A DNA stretch of 64,000 nt, taken from NCBI GenBank assembly GCA_016870485.1, contig VGBM01000005.1, positions 24,214-88,213 of the forward strand, given 5' to 3'. Positions 10,938-22,593 of this stretch are shown here, piece after piece (position 1 is the stretch's first letter; each line of letters begins with the position of its first letter). The stretch is from Actinomycetota bacterium. GTDB lineage: Bacteria; Actinomycetota; Thermoleophilia; Gaiellales; F1-60-MAGs149. The position numbers were made by a program, and so were the translations under genes. A model generated the notes under the pieces. It had not been told where the DNA came from. It was given only the letters and a program-made list of their open reading frames with translations, and did not search any database.

Positions 10938-12044
10938 GTGAGCCGCGCCCTCGACCTCTTCCTCGCGCTCGCCCGCCTCGAGACGCCGCCCGGGCGCGAG
11001 CGCGCCGCGATCGACCTCGTGCGCGCCGAGCTGGCCGCGCTCGGCGTCGAGGCCGTCGAGGACGACGCCGGCCCGGCGATCGGCGGCGACGCCGGCAACC
11101 TCCACGCGCGCATCGAGGGCACGGCGCCGGGCACCCCGATCTTCCTCAACGCGCACGTCGACACGGTCCCGCCGGAGGGGCCGATCGACCCCGTCATCGA
11201 GGACGGCTGGGTCGTCAACGCGAACCCCACGATCCTCGGCGCGGACAACAAGGCCTCGGTCGCCGGGATACTGGACGGTATCCGGCGGGTCCTCGAGGAG
11301 GGCATCCCGCACGCGGGGATCGAGCTCGTGATCACCGTGCAGGAGGAGGTCGGCCTGCGCGGTGCGTGGGCGTTCGACTGCGACCGGCTGACCGCGCGGC
11401 TCGGGTTCGTCTACGACGTCGACGGCCCGCCGGGTCGGATCGTGATGCGCGCGCCCAGCCAGATCTCCATGGACGTCGTCCTCCGGGGCCGCGCGGCCCA
11501 CGCCGGCATCGCCCCCGAGGACGGCCGCAGCGCCATCCACGCGGCGGCCCGCGCGCTGGCCGCCCTGGAGTTCGGGCGGCTCGGACCGGGGTCCTCGCGC
11601 AACGTCGGCACGATCGCGGGCGGCCGCCAGCGCAACGTCGTCCCCGACGAGTGCCGGGTCGGACTCGAGATGCGCAGCCTCGACGACGCGGAGGTCGTGC
11701 GGCTCGCCGTGGAGACGACGGCCGCGCTGACCGCGGCCGCGTCCGCGGCGGGCTGCGACGTCGACATCGCCGAGCGGCGCGAGTACACGGCCTACGCCTT
11801 CGGGCCCGACGACCCGGTGGTGGCGATCGCGCGCCGGGCCCTCGTCGCGGCCGGCTGCCCGGTCGAGGAGATCGAGACGGGCGGCGGCGCCGACGCGCAC
11901 GCCTTCAACGCCGCGGGTCTCGCCTGCGTGAACATCTCGTCGGGGATGGAGCTGATCCACTCGGCCGACGAGCGGATCCGGGTCGAGCACGTCGACATCC
12001 TCAGCGACATCACGGTCGAGCTCGTCCGCGCCGCCTGCGCCTGA
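10938..12044 (+). CDS. M20-family metallopeptidase (PepT/tripeptidase-like)
   Basis: 368 aa from GTG 10938, 1 nt after the pyrG stop (the track ORF starts inside pyrG). NAHVDTVPP, GADNKASVAG, ITVQEEVGLRGA. Confidence 0.75.
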   Translation: MSRALDLFLALARLETPPGRERAAIDLVRAELAALGVEAVEDDAGPAIGGDAGNLHARIEGTAPGTPIFLNAHVDTVPPEGPIDPVIEDGWVVNANPTILGADNKASVAGILDGIRRVLEEGIPHAGIELVITVQEEVGLRGAWAFDCDRLTARLGFVYDVDGPPGRIVMRAPSQISMDVVLRGRAAHAGIAPEDGRSAIHAAARALAALEFGRLGPGSSRNVGTIAGGRQRNVVPDECRVGLEMRSLDDAEVVRLAVETTAALTAAASAAGCDVDIAERREYTAYAFGPDDPVVAIARRALVAAGCPVEEIETGGGADAHAFNAAGLACVNISSGMELIHSADERIRVEHVDILSDITVELVRAACA

Positions 12045-12056
12045 GCCGATGCCGGG

Positions 12057-12074
12057 CCGGCACGGGCGTGCCGG
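12057..12074 (+). terminator. GC hairpin downstream of the M20 peptidase gene
   Basis: CCGGCAC-GGGC-GTGCCGG, a 7-bp stem with a 4-nt loop. No U-tract follows. Confidence 0.3.
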
Positions 12075-12087
12075 GCCCCGGTGCCGC

Positions 12088-12093
12088 TAGCAT
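12088..12093 (+). promoter_or_regulatory. -10-like hexamer TAGCAT upstream of ald (leadered transcript with GGAGG Shine-Dalgarno)
   Basis: The same TAGCATCC string recurs upstream of ridA (37783) and rpsB (48360). Confidence 0.35.
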
Positions 12094-12132
12094 CCCGGAC
12101 GGTTCACGACCACTCCGGACCGGAGGTGCGCG

Positions 12133-13257
<1,125 letters not shown>

Positions 13258-13296
13258 CCGGAAGGGACGGCGCGCGGGGAGGCGAACTTCCCCGTT

Positions 13297-14190
13297 ATGC
13301 AGCAGGACCCGCGCATCGCGGACTTCCTCGAGGCGCTCCAGCTCGAGCGCGACGCCTCGCCGCACACGATCACGGCGTACCGCACCGACCTCGCCGAGCT
13401 CCAGGTGTACCTGGAGGCGCGCGGGCTCGACCTCGACCGCGTCGACGGCCGCGACCTCGAGCCGTATGCCCTCGGCCTGCGCGAGCACGGCCTGAGCCCC
13501 GCCACCGTGCGCCGCCGGCTGGCGGCGGCCCGCTCGCTCCTGCGCCACCGCACGCGCGAGGGCGCCCGCGAGTCCGGCGTGCGCGACGTGCCGCTCCCGC
13601 GTGCCCCGCAGGCCCCGCCGCACGCCCTCACCGCCGAGCAGGCGATCGCCCTCTGCGAGCACCCGGGGCCGGACCCGCTCGGGCTGCGCGACCGCGCCGT
13701 CCTCGAGCTGCTCTACGGGGCCGGCCTGCGCGTGTCGGAGCTCGTCGGGCTGCGGCCCGGCGACCTCGACCGCGAGCTCGGCCTGGTGCGCGTGCTCGGC
13801 AAGGGCGGCCGCGAGCGGGTCGTGCCGACCGGCGGCCAGGCCGTCCACGCGGTCGAGCGCTACCTGGCCCGCGGGCGGGCCCTCCTCGGACGCCGGCAGG
13901 ACGTCGACGCGCTGCTCGTCAACAACCGCGGCGGGCGCCTCACGCGGCGCGGCGTGTTTCTGATCGTGCGCCGCCACGCGGAGCCGCTCGGGCTGCCCGA
14001 CTGGGTCGGGCCGCACGCCCTGCGCCACGCCTTCGCGACCCACCTCGTCGAGGGCGGCTGCGACCTGCGCACTGTGCAGGAGCTGCTCGGTCACCAGCGC
14101 ATCGCCACCACCGCGATCTACACGCACGTCGCGGGTACGCACCTGCGCGAGACGTTCCTGGCGGCGCACCCGCGGGCCCGAGCGGCGTAG
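13297..14190 (+). CDS. xerD: Tyrosine recombinase XerC/XerD
   Basis: 297 aa. Core-binding N-terminus ([12 protein letters not shown]). Catalytic C-terminus [37 protein letters not shown]. Lies in the pyrG...xerD housekeeping neighbourhood. Confidence 0.8.
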   Translation: MQQDPRIADFLEALQLERDASPHTITAYRTDLAELQVYLEARGLDLDRVDGRDLEPYALGLREHGLSPATVRRRLAAARSLLRHRTREGARESGVRDVPLPRAPQAPPHALTAEQAIALCEHPGPDPLGLRDRAVLELLYGAGLRVSELVGLRPGDLDRELGLVRVLGKGGRERVVPTGGQAVHAVERYLARGRALLGRRQDVDALLVNNRGGRLTRRGVFLIVRRHAEPLGLPDWVGPHALRHAFATHLVEGGCDLRTVQELLGHQRIATTAIYTHVAGTHLRETFLAAHPRARAA

Positions 14191-14225
14191 GCGCGGAGGC
14201 GGTTGACGTTCTCTGCGATCGAACC

Positions 14226-14477
14226 ATGACCATCGCGGCCTGCACCGCACCGGGGGAGATCCTGATGATCAACATCGCGCCCCTCGCGTGGGATCAGTGC
14301 GATGTCGCCGACGACCACTCGGTCTGCGTCGACCTCACGGCCGACGACGAGGTGATCGGCATCGAGGTGATCGAGCGGGCCAAGTTCGATCTCGCGGCCG
14401 TGGCCGCCGAGTCCGGCATCTCCGATCTCGTGCCCGCGATCGAGGCCGCGATCGCCGCCGCCAAGCCGGGGCCGTAG
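14226..14477 (+). CDS. Small DUF2283-like protein
   Basis: 83 aa read from the tail of a long track [27 protein letters not shown] resembles the DUF2283 pattern. The start could instead be ATG 14265. Confidence 0.45.
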   Translation: MTIAACTAPGEILMINIAPLAWDQCDVADDHSVCVDLTADDEVIGIEVIERAKFDLAAVAAESGISDLVPAIEAAIAAAKPGP

Positions 14478-14488
14478 CCCGCGGCGGC

Positions 14489-14494
14489 TAGGCT
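14489..14494 (+). promoter_or_regulatory. -10-like TAGGCT 6 nt upstream of the mutM ATG (leaderless arrangement)
   Basis: TAGGCT-GCGGGC-ATG with no Shine-Dalgarno. Confidence 0.35.
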
Positions 14495-14500
14495 GCGGGC

Positions 14501-15367
14501 ATGCCTGAGCTGCCCGAGGTCGAGACGGTCCGGCGGCGGCTCGCGCCGCACGTCGAAGGCCGCGCGATCGAGGCGGTGGAGGTGCGCGATCCGCGCCTCG
14601 TCGGCCGCGACGACCCGCGGCGGGTGGAGGGGCGGCTGCGCGGCCGCACGGTCACGGCCCTCGACCGGCGCGGCAAGTACCTGCTGTTCCGGCTCGCCGG
14701 CGACGAAACCCTGATCTCGCACCTGCGCATGACCGGCAACTGGCTGATGCCGCCGGCGGGCGAGCCGCCGCACACCCGCGCGGCCCTCGTCCTGTCCGAC
14801 GGCACGGCGCTCTGGTACGCCGACGCGCGGCGCTTCGGCACCTGGGACCTGCTCGCCGACGACGCGGCGGAGGCCTACCTCGCGATCCGGCTCGGCCCGG
14901 AGCCGATCGGCGAGGGCTTCGACGGCGCGGTCCTGCGTGACGCCTTCCGCGGCCGGCGCGCGCCCGTCAAGGCGCTCCTGCTCGACCAGCGGATCGTCGC
15001 GGGCATCGGCAACATCTACGCCGACGAGGCGCTCAACGCCGCGTGCATCCACCCCGACACCCCGGCCGGGCGGCTGCGCCGACCGCAGCTCGACCGGCTC
15101 GCCGACGAGGTCCGCGCTGCGCTCGAGGAGGGGATCCGCTCGCAGGGCTCGTCGATTCGCGATTTCCGCTCGCCGGAGGGCGGCTACGGGTCGATGCAGG
15201 AGCGCTTCCGGGTCTACGGCCGCGACGGCGAGCCCTGCCCGGCCTGCGGCACCGAGATCGTCAAGACGCGCAGCGCGGGGCGGGGCACCCACGTCTGCCC
15301 CGCCTGCCAGCCGCGCCCGCGACGGCGGGGAATGCGCCGGGCCGAGGGGGCGTTGTCGGGGGCATGA
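14501..15367 (+). CDS. mutM: Formamidopyrimidine-DNA glycosylase
   Basis: 288 aa. N-terminal MPELPEVE. C-terminal zinc finger CPACGTEIVKTRSAGRGTHVCPACQ. Confidence 0.93.
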   Translation: MPELPEVETVRRRLAPHVEGRAIEAVEVRDPRLVGRDDPRRVEGRLRGRTVTALDRRGKYLLFRLAGDETLISHLRMTGNWLMPPAGEPPHTRAALVLSDGTALWYADARRFGTWDLLADDAAEAYLAIRLGPEPIGEGFDGAVLRDAFRGRRAPVKALLLDQRIVAGIGNIYADEALNAACIHPDTPAGRLRRPQLDRLADEVRAALEEGIRSQGSSIRDFRSPEGGYGSMQERFRVYGRDGEPCPACGTEIVKTRSAGRGTHVCPACQPRPRRRGMRRAEGALSGA

Positions 15368-15618
15368 AGAAGGTCGAGTTCTACTCCGCGGACTGGTGCC
15401 CGTTCTGCATGCGCGCGAAGGCGCTGCTCGACGCGCGGGGCATCGCGTACGAGGAGATCAACGTCGACCGCATCCCGGGCTTCCGGGAGCAGCTCGTCGA
15501 GATGACGGGTCGGATGACGATCCCGCAGATCATCATCGACGGCGAGCCCGTCGGCGGCTACGACGACATCGCGGCGCTCGACCGCAACGGCGAGCTCCTG
15601 CCGCTCGTCCAGGGCTGA
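15364..15618 (+). CDS. Glutaredoxin
   Basis: 84 aa. The ATG overlaps the mutM stop (ATGA). CPFC active site, TIPQIIIDGEPVGGYDD. Confidence 0.85.
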   Translation: MKKVEFYSADWCPFCMRAKALLDARGIAYEEINVDRIPGFREQLVEMTGRMTIPQIIIDGEPVGGYDDIAALDRNGELLPLVQG

Positions 15619-15624
15619 GCCCGC

Positions 15625-16362
15625 GTGCCCGGCGCGTCCTACGCGACCGAGGCGATCGTGCTGCGCACCTTCCGGACCGGCGAGGCCGACCGCGTCGCGC
15701 ATCTGCTCACGCCGGGCCACGGCCGCGTCGCGGTGATCGCCAAGGGCGCGCGCCGCACGACCAGCAAGCTGGGGGCGCGACTCGAGCCCCTGACCCGCAT
15801 CGACGCGCTCCTCGCGCCCGGGCGCGGCGAGCTGGCGGTGCTCACCTCGGCGGACGTGCTCGACGCGGGCGACGCGGTGCGCGCCGACCCCGTCCGCGCG
15901 CTCGCCGCCTCCGCCTGCGTCGAGGCGGTCGTGCGCCTGTTCCCCGAGCCCGAGCCCGACGAGCGCCTCTACCAGGGCCTCGCCCGCGTGCTCGAGGCCC
16001 TCGCGGGCGACCTCGGGGACGATCCCCGGGCGGGGGCGGACGCGCTCGCGCTCGCCTTCGCGCTGAAGCTGCTCGCGCTCGCGGGGTGGCGGCCCGAGGT
16101 CGCCGCCTGCGCGGGCTGCGGGGGACCGCCCGCGGCCTACGACGCCGCGCAGGGCTGCGCGGTCTGCGCCGACTGCGGGGCGGGCTCGCCGCTCGGGCCG
16201 GAGGCCGCCCGCTGGACGGCGCGCCTCCTCGCCGAGCCCCTGTCGCCCGCGCTCGTGCCCGACCCCGAGTCGCGCACGGCGATCGCGCGGATCGTGCGCG
16301 AGACGGCGGCCGAGCACGGCGACGTGCGCCTGGCCCTCCTCAGCCGCACCGGCCGGGCCTGA
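15625..16362 (+). CDS. recO: DNA repair protein RecO
   Basis: 245 aa, GTG start. N-terminal OB fold (EAIVLRTFRTGEADRV). C-terminal Cys cluster CAGCG...CAVCADCG. Confidence 0.88.
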   Translation: MPGASYATEAIVLRTFRTGEADRVAHLLTPGHGRVAVIAKGARRTTSKLGARLEPLTRIDALLAPGRGELAVLTSADVLDAGDAVRADPVRALAASACVEAVVRLFPEPEPDERLYQGLARVLEALAGDLGDDPRAGADALALAFALKLLALAGWRPEVAACAGCGGPPAAYDAAQGCAVCADCGAGSPLGPEAARWTARLLAEPLSPALVPDPESRTAIARIVRETAAEHGDVRLALLSRTGRA

Positions 16363-17457
16363 TCACGGCACGATCCTGATCAGGCGCCCCGTGCCCGAGG
16401 CCGCGTAGAGCTCGCCCTGGTCGTCCTCGCCGAACGTGGTCAGCTTGGCGAGGGTGACGCCGATCGGCACGCGCGTCGCGTCCTTGCGGGTGATCGACCA
16501 GATCGCGCCCTTGCACCAGTCGCCGAACACGTAGTGGCCGCGCAGGGAGCGGATCGCCCGGCCGCGGTACACGTAGCCGCCGACGACGCTGCAGCCCTGC
16601 GTGTGGTCGTAGGCGGCGATCGGCGTGATCAGGTCGCCACGCGTCGGCTGCGGGGCGTAGGGCCGGTCGCCCTCGAAGGCGTTCCAACCGAAGTTCGGGA
16701 GCGGCGGCGCCGCCTTCGGCACCCAGCTGACCTCCTCGCGCTGGCGCTGGCCGACGTCGCCGACCCAGAGGCCGCCGCCCCGGCGGTCGAACGAGAAGCG
16801 CCACGGGTTGCGCAGGCCGAGCGCCCACACGGCCGGGTCGCCGCCGCCGCCCGCGAAGGGGTTCGTCGGCGGGATCGCGTAGGGGTCGCCGCCATCGACG
16901 TCGATGCGGAGGATCTTGCCGAGCGGCGTCCTCGGGTTCTGGGCGCGGTTGCCCGGGTCGCCGCCGGAGCCGCCGTCGCCGAGCCCGATGTAGAGGAACC
17001 CGTCGGGCCCGAAGGCGAGGCCGCCGCCGTTGTGGTTGGCGTACGGCTGGCGCACCGACAGGATCGTCTTCGCCGACCCCTTGAGCGGCTTGTGGAAGCG
17101 GCCCGTCGTGAAGCGCACGATCTGCGTGTTGCCGGACTGGTCGGTGTAGTTGACGAACAACAGGCGGTTCTCGGCGTAGCGGGGGTGGAAGACGAGCCCG
17201 AGGAGGCCCTGCTCGCCGCCGCCCTGCCCGACGCGGTCGGCGAGGTCGGCGAGCACTAAGACCCGGCCCTTGCGCACCGTCACGATGCGGCCCTTCTGCT
17301 CGGCCACGACGGGGTTGGCGACGCCCGGCCGGAAGGCGATGGCGGTCGGGCTCTGCAGGTCCGTGGCGAGCGTCTCGTAGGACGCGGCGGCGGCCGCGGC
17401 CGGGAGGGCGCCGGCGAGCACGGCCGCCAGCACGGCGATGGGGAGCACCCTGCGCAT
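16363..17457 (-). CDS. PQQ-dependent sugar dehydrogenase (soluble aldose/sorbosone dehydrogenase family), secreted
   Basis: 364 aa. Signal peptide [58 protein letters not shown]. Confidence 0.85.
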   Translation of the reverse strand: MRRVLPIAVLAAVLAGALPAAAAAASYETLATDLQSPTAIAFRPGVANPVVAEQKGRIVTVRKGRVLVLADLADRVGQGGGEQGLLGLVFHPRYAENRLLFVNYTDQSGNTQIVRFTTGRFHKPLKGSAKTILSVRQPYANHNGGGLAFGPDGFLYIGLGDGGSGGDPGNRAQNPRTPLGKILRIDVDGGDPYAIPPTNPFAGGGGDPAVWALGLRNPWRFSFDRRGGGLWVGDVGQRQREEVSWVPKAAPPLPNFGWNAFEGDRPYAPQPTRGDLITPIAAYDHTQGCSVVGGYVYRGRAIRSLRGHYVFGDWCKGAIWSITRKDATRVPIGVTLAKLTTFGEDDQGELYAASGTGRLIRIVP

Positions 17458-17464
17458 CGGCCTC

Positions 17465-17470
17465 AGGGTA
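17465..17470 (-). promoter_or_regulatory. -10-like TACCCT 7 nt upstream of the sugar dehydrogenase ATG (leaderless arrangement)
   Basis: Minus strand reads TACCCT-GAGGCCG-ATG. Confidence 0.3.
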
Positions 17471-17513
17471 TCCCCAATCCGCCCGGGCGGGGCGGGCGGC
17501 CGGTCCGAATCGG

Positions 17514-17519
17514 TACCCT
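17514..17519 (+). promoter_or_regulatory. -10-like TACCCT 6 nt upstream of the glyQ GTG (leaderless arrangement)
   Basis: TACCCT-GCCCTC-GTG. Confidence 0.35.
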
Positions 17520-17525
17520 GCCCTC

Positions 17526-18392
17526 GTGCAGACCGACGCGGCGCCGACGACCTTCCAGGACCTGATCCTGCGCCTGCAGGCCTTCTGGGCGACCGAGGGC
17601 TGCGCGGTGGTGCAGCCGTACCACACGGAGGTCGGTGCCGGCACGATGAACCCGGCGACGCTCCTGCGCTGCCTCGGGCCCGAGCCGTGGTCGACGGCGT
17701 ACGTGGAGCCGTCGATCCGCCCGACCGACGGCCGCTACGCCGAGAACCCCTACCGGCTCCAGCACTACTACCAGTTCCAGGTCCTGATCAAGCCGTCGCC
17801 GGAGACCGTGCAGGACGACTACCTGCGCTCGCTGGCCGCGATCGGGATCGACGCCGCGGCGCACGACGTGCGCTTCGTCGAGGATAACTGGGAGGCGCCG
17901 ACTCTGGGCGCGTGGGGGACGGGGTGGGAGGTCTGGCTGGACGGCATGGAGGTCACGCAGTTCACGTACTTCCAGCAGGCCGGCGGCATCGACTGCGACC
18001 CGATCTCCGTCGAGCTGACGTACGGCCTCGAGCGGCTCGCGATGTACCTGCAGGGCGTCGACTCTTGCTGGGACCTCGCCTGGGCGCCGGGGGTCTCCTA
18101 CGCGGACGTGCACGCGCGCGGCGAGCGCGAGTGGTCGGCCTATAACTTCGAGGTCGCCGACACGGACGGCCTGGTGCGCGCCTTCGACCACCACGAGGCC
18201 GAGTGCGGGCGCTGCCTCGGGGCGGGGCTGCCCGTCCCGGCCTACGACCAGGTGCTGAAGTGCTCACACGCGTTCAACCTGCTCGACGCGCGCGGCGCGA
18301 TCTCCGTCACGGAGCGGGTCGCCTACATCGGCCGCGTGCGGGCCCTCGCGCGCGCCGTCGCCCACGCCTACCTCGGTCTGGACCCCGCGTGA
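17526..18392 (+). CDS. glyQ: Glycine--tRNA ligase alpha subunit
   Basis: 288 aa. [41 protein letters not shown]. Confidence 0.95.
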   Translation: MQTDAAPTTFQDLILRLQAFWATEGCAVVQPYHTEVGAGTMNPATLLRCLGPEPWSTAYVEPSIRPTDGRYAENPYRLQHYYQFQVLIKPSPETVQDDYLRSLAAIGIDAAAHDVRFVEDNWEAPTLGAWGTGWEVWLDGMEVTQFTYFQQAGGIDCDPISVELTYGLERLAMYLQGVDSCWDLAWAPGVSYADVHARGEREWSAYNFEVADTDGLVRAFDHHEAECGRCLGAGLPVPAYDQVLKCSHAFNLLDARGAISVTERVAYIGRVRALARAVAHAYLGLDPA

Positions 18393-20452
18393 GCGCCACG
18401 CTCCTGATCGAGCTCGGCTGCGAGGAGCTGCCCGCCGGGGCCTGCCGCGTCGCCGAGCGCGAGGCCGCGCCGGCCGTCGAGCGGCTGCTCGCCGAGCGGC
18501 GCCTCGCGCCCGCGTCGGTGGAGGCCCTGATCACGCCGCGGCGAATCGCGGTGCTGGCTGCGAGCGTGCCCGCCGAGGCGCCCGCCGAGACGGTCACCGT
18601 GACGGGCCCGCCGGAGCGCGCCGCGAGGGACGACCAGGGCGCCTGGACGAAGGCCGCCGAGGGCTTCGCCCGCAAGCACGGCCTGACGCCCGACCAGCTC
18701 GGCGTCGCTGCGGACGGGCTCCTGACCGCCACCGTGGAGCGCCCGGCCGTCCCGCTCGAGGCCTGCGTGCAGGAGCTGGTCGACGGGCTGATCGAGGGCC
18801 TGCAGATGCCCAAGAACATGCGCTGGGGCACGGGCGCGCTGCGCTTCTCGCGCCCGATCCGGACGCTCTGCGTCCTGCACGGCGAGCGCCTGCTCGAGGC
18901 CGAGGTGCAGGGCGTGGCGAGCACGCGCACGGTGCGCGGGCACCGCGTGCTCCGGCCCGAGGTCGAGCTCGCGAGCGCCGACGACTACGTGACGGAGCTC
19001 GGCGGCGCCGGGGTCGCGGTGCGCACCGCGGACCGCCGCGAGGTGATCGAGGCGCTGCTCGCCTCCTCGGCGAAGATGCACGACGCCGCCTGGGAGGACC
19101 CGGGCCGCGTGCTCGACGAGGTCGTCTACCTGGTCGAGTGGCCGCGCGTCCTCGACGGCCAGATCGCGGAGCGCTTCCTGGAGCTGCCCGACCGCGTGCT
19201 GGTCAGCGCGATGCAGTCGCACCAGCGCTACCTGCCCCTGCGCGGGCAGACGGGCACGCTGCGGCCCGTCTTCCTGACCGTCGTCAACTCCCACCCCGAC
19301 GCCGACCCGGCGGTGCGGGCGGGGAACGAGCGCGTCCTCGCCGGCCGCCTCGACGACGCCGCCTTCTCGCTCGCGAAGGACCGCCAGCGGGGCATCGAGG
19401 CGATGGCCGCCGTGCTCGACCGCATCACCTACCACCAGCGGCTCGGCACCCTCGCCGACCGCACCGCGCGCCTCGTGGAGCTGGCCGGCGCCCTCGCCGA
19501 CGCGGCCGGCGCCTCGGCCGACGACCGCGGGCACGCCGTCGCGGCGGCGCGGCTCGCGAAGGCCGACCTGGCCTCGACGATGGTGGGCGAGTTCGCGGAG
19601 CTGCAGGGCGAGACGGGCATGGAGTACGCGCGCGCCGCGGGCCTGCCCGAGCCGGTCTGCGTGGCGATCGCCGAGCAGTACCGCCCCGACGGCGCGGGCC
19701 GGCCCGTCCCCGACACCCTGCCGGGCGCCCTGCTCGCCCTGGCCGAGCGCCTCGACCAGCTCGTCGCCGTGATCGCGATCGGCGAGCGGCCCACGGGCTC
19801 GCGCGACCCGTACGCGCTGCGCCGGGCCGCCGCCGGCATCGCCGACATCCAGGCCCGCTGGGGCATGCCGCTCGACCTGCCCGCGCTCGTCGAGCGGGCC
19901 CACGGCCTGCTCGTCGGCCAGCGCGCCGACCTCGAGCTCGACGCCGAGGCCGTGCGCGAGGCCGTCGTGCCCTTCGTCCTCGACCGCGTCGACCAGGCCC
20001 TCGGCGAGGAGGGCGTGCCCGTCGACGTCCAGCGCGCCGCCCGCGGCGCCGGTCCCGTCGACCCGGCCCGCCACGCCGCGCGGGCCCGCGCGCTCCACGC
20101 CGCCCGCGACTCCGAGGAGCTCGCCCGCGCGCACGCGGCAGCCGTCCGCTGCAGCCGGATCGGCGGCGGCGAGGCGCCCGCCGACGCGCTCGACCCCGCG
20201 CTCTACGAGGGCGACGCCGAGCCGGCCCTCGCCGCCGCGCTCGCCGACGCGGCGCCGCGGATCGCCGCGGCCGACGACCCGGCGGAGGCCCTGCGCCTCG
20301 CGGCCGGCCTCGCCGACCCCGTCGACGCCCTCTTCGACGCCGTCATGGTCCTCGCCGACGACCCCGCCGTGCGCGCCAACCGCGTGCGCCTCGTCGCCGA
20401 AGCGGCCGCGGCCCTCCGTCCCGTCGGCGACCTCACCCAGCTGCAGCGATGA
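18389..20452 (+). CDS. glyS: Glycine--tRNA ligase beta subunit
   Basis: 687 aa from GTG 18389, overlapping the glyQ stop (GTGA). [14 protein letters not shown]-terminus, MRWG, HQRYL. Confidence 0.9.
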   Translation: MSATLLIELGCEELPAGACRVAEREAAPAVERLLAERRLAPASVEALITPRRIAVLAASVPAEAPAETVTVTGPPERAARDDQGAWTKAAEGFARKHGLTPDQLGVAADGLLTATVERPAVPLEACVQELVDGLIEGLQMPKNMRWGTGALRFSRPIRTLCVLHGERLLEAEVQGVASTRTVRGHRVLRPEVELASADDYVTELGGAGVAVRTADRREVIEALLASSAKMHDAAWEDPGRVLDEVVYLVEWPRVLDGQIAERFLELPDRVLVSAMQSHQRYLPLRGQTGTLRPVFLTVVNSHPDADPAVRAGNERVLAGRLDDAAFSLAKDRQRGIEAMAAVLDRITYHQRLGTLADRTARLVELAGALADAAGASADDRGHAVAAARLAKADLASTMVGEFAELQGETGMEYARAAGLPEPVCVAIAEQYRPDGAGRPVPDTLPGALLALAERLDQLVAVIAIGERPTGSRDPYALRRAAAGIADIQARWGMPLDLPALVERAHGLLVGQRADLELDAEAVREAVVPFVLDRVDQALGEEGVPVDVQRAARGAGPVDPARHAARARALHAARDSEELARAHAAAVRCSRIGGGEAPADALDPALYEGDAEPALAAALADAAPRIAAADDPAEALRLAAGLADPVDALFDAVMVLADDPAVRANRVRLVAEAAAALRPVGDLTQLQR

Positions 20453-21285
20453 GCCCGGACCCCATCGAGATCCACCTCGTCTCGGACTCCACGGGCGACA
20501 CCGCCTCGCGCGTGGCGCGCGCCGTGCAGGCCCAGTTCTCGGCCTCGCCGGTCAGCATCGTCCGCCACCCGCGCGTCACCACCGTGCAGGGCCTCCAGGA
20601 GGTGATCGGCCGCCTGACGGCGGGAAGCCGCAGCGCGGTCTTCTTCACGCTGATCGACACCGCCCTGCGCGAGCGGGCCACCGAGCTCTGCGAGCGCAGC
20701 GGGATCCCGTCCTGCGACCTCCTCGGCGCGCCGCTCGAGGCGCTCCAGGTCGCGTCGGGGGTGACGGCGGAGATGGTGCCGGGGCGTCCGGTCGCGCTCG
20801 AGATCGACTACTTCCAGCGCGTCGCCGCGATGGAGTTCGCGGTCAAGCACGACGACGGGCTCTCGGGCGAGGGGCTCGCCGACGCGGACATCGTCATCAT
20901 CGGCGTGTCGCGCACCGGCAAGACGCCGCTCTCGATGTACCTCGGCTACCTCGGCTACAAGACGGCCAACACGCCGCTCGTGCCCGGCGTCGAGCCGCCG
21001 AAGGAGCTGTTCCGGATCGACCGGGCCAAGATCGTCGGCCTCACGATCGACGCCGAGCGGCTCCAGCGGATCCGCGGGCGGCGCCTGCGGGCGATGGGCG
21101 GGCGGGCGCGCAACAACTACGCCGACCTCGGTAAGATCCTCGAGGAGCTCGACGAGTGCCAGCAGGTCTTCCGGCGGCTCGGCTGCCCCGTGATCGATGT
21201 GTCCAACCTGGCCGTGGAGGAGTCCGCGCTGCGCGTGATCAACCTCTGCGAGGAGCGCGCCGCCCTCGGCGCGGAAGGGAGCTGA
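20449..21285 (+). CDS. Pyruvate, phosphate dikinase regulatory protein (DUF299 kinase/pyrophosphorylase)
   Basis: 278 aa. IHLVSDSTGDTA, P-loop GVSRTGKTPLS. ATGA overlap with the glyS stop. Same position as yqfL after glyQS in Bacillus. Confidence 0.85.
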   Translation: MSPDPIEIHLVSDSTGDTASRVARAVQAQFSASPVSIVRHPRVTTVQGLQEVIGRLTAGSRSAVFFTLIDTALRERATELCERSGIPSCDLLGAPLEALQVASGVTAEMVPGRPVALEIDYFQRVAAMEFAVKHDDGLSGEGLADADIVIIGVSRTGKTPLSMYLGYLGYKTANTPLVPGVEPPKELFRIDRAKIVGLTIDAERLQRIRGRRLRAMGGRARNNYADLGKILEELDECQQVFRRLGCPVIDVSNLAVEESALRVINLCEERAALGAEGS

Positions 21286-21286
21286 G

Positions 21287-21928
21287 ATGGCCTATCGCGA
21301 GATGCGCCGGTCGTACCGCGAGGGCGAGCTCGCCGAGGCCGCGGCGGGCGACGACCCCGTCGCGCTCTTCCGCGGCTGGATCCAGGAGGCGCAGGACTCG
21401 GGCGCGGTGCTGGAGCCCAACGCGATGGCCCTGGCCACCGCCGACCGCGACGGCACGCCGTCCGCGCGGATGGTGCTCCTGAAGGAGGTGACGGCCGCCG
21501 GGGCGTTCGTCTTCTACACGAACCGCGAGAGCCGCAAGGGCGGCGAGCTCGGGGAGCGCCCGCGCGCGGCGCTCGTCTTCTGGTGGGAGCCCCTCGAGCG
21601 GCAGGTGCGGGTCGAGGGCGACGTGGCGCCGACCACGGACGCCGAGACGGCCGACTACTACGCGACGCGCCCGCGCGAGAGCCGGATCGGCGCCTGGGCG
21701 TCGCGCCAGAGCCGGCCCGTCACGGGCCGGCCCGAGCTGGAGGCGCAGTTCCACGAGGCCGACGCGGCGCACCCGGGCGAGGACGTGCCGGTGCCGCCGT
21801 GGTGGGGCGGCTACCGGGTCGTCCCGGACGCGATCGAGTTCTGGCAGGGCCGCACGGGCCGGATGCACGACCGGCTGCGCTACGAGCGCGCGGGCGACGG
21901 CTGGTCGCGCGTGCGGCTGCAGCCCTAG
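21287..21928 (+). CDS. pdxH: Pyridoxamine 5'-phosphate oxidase
   Basis: 213 aa. NAMALATADRDGTPSARMVLLK, IEFWQGRTGRMHDRLRY. Confidence 0.92.
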   Translation: MAYREMRRSYREGELAEAAAGDDPVALFRGWIQEAQDSGAVLEPNAMALATADRDGTPSARMVLLKEVTAAGAFVFYTNRESRKGGELGERPRAALVFWWEPLERQVRVEGDVAPTTDAETADYYATRPRESRIGAWASRQSRPVTGRPELEAQFHEADAAHPGEDVPVPPWWGGYRVVPDAIEFWQGRTGRMHDRLRYERAGDGWSRVRLQP

Positions 21929-21936
21929 GCGCCCGG

Positions 21937-21942
21937 TACCCT
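21937..21942 (+). promoter_or_regulatory. -10-like TACCCT 7 nt upstream of the GntR-family gene ATG (leaderless arrangement)
   Basis: TACCCT-ACGGCCG-ATG. Confidence 0.35.
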
Positions 21943-21949
21943 ACGGCCG

Positions 21950-22591
21950 ATGCCGGAGAAGGTCGCCGTGGAGAGCATGGTCGAGCAGACCCGCGGGATC
22001 CTGCGCGAGCGGATCCGCTCGGGCGAGCTCCCGCCGGGCACGCGCCTGCGCCAGGAGCGCCTCGCGGAGGAGCTCGGGATCAGCCGCACCCCGCTGCGCG
22101 AGGCGCTGCGGCTGCTCGCCGCCGACGGGCTCGTCGAGCTCCAGGTCAACCGCGGCGCCGTCGTCTCGACCCTCTCGCACGCCGACCGCGTCGCCTTCTG
22201 GGAGGCCCGGCTCGCGCTGGAGCCGGGCGCCGCGCGGCTCGCCGCCGAGCGCCGCGACCCGGACGCGATCCGGGCCATGGCCGACACCATCGCCGCCCAG
22301 CGGGCCGCCGCCACGGACACCCAGGGCTTCGCGGCCAACCGCGCCTTCCACCTGGCGCTCGTGGGGGCGGCCGGCAACCCGCACCTGACCCGCTTCACCG
22401 AGGCCCTGTGGGTGCGCACCGTGGGGGCGGCGATCTACCGCACGCAGGCGGCCACCCCCGCGATCGTCGCGGCCTACGCCGACGAGCACGCCGCGATCCT
22501 CGCGGCGATCGAGGCGGGGGACGCCGGCGGCGCCGAGCGGCTGACGCGCGAGCACATCCTCGCGTCGCCCGTGCCCGACGCCGCCGACTAG
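21950..22591 (+). CDS. GntR-family transcriptional regulator (FadR/FCD type)
   Basis: 213 aa. Winged helix-turn-helix LRQERLAEELGISRTPLREALRLLAADGLV, followed by a helical FCD-like C-terminal domain. Confidence 0.85.
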   Translation: MPEKVAVESMVEQTRGILRERIRSGELPPGTRLRQERLAEELGISRTPLREALRLLAADGLVELQVNRGAVVSTLSHADRVAFWEARLALEPGAARLAAERRDPDAIRAMADTIAAQRAAATDTQGFAANRAFHLALVGAAGNPHLTRFTEALWVRTVGAAIYRTQAATPAIVAAYADEHAAILAAIEAGDAGGAERLTREHILASPVPDAAD

Positions 22592-22593
22592 CC

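Noticed and set aside
13297-14190. A tyrosine recombinase as a possible marker of an integrated mobile element.
   Set aside because: It has XerC/XerD-type architecture and sits in the conserved pyrG...xerD housekeeping neighbourhood. There is no adjacent tRNA, no att-like repeat and no phage or plasmid gene.
17458-17525. A T-box leader expected upstream of glyQS, as in Firmicutes.
   Set aside because: The spacer is 68 nt and is taken up by two divergent promoter-like hexamers. That is far too short for a T-box, and I saw no specifier or T-box sequence.
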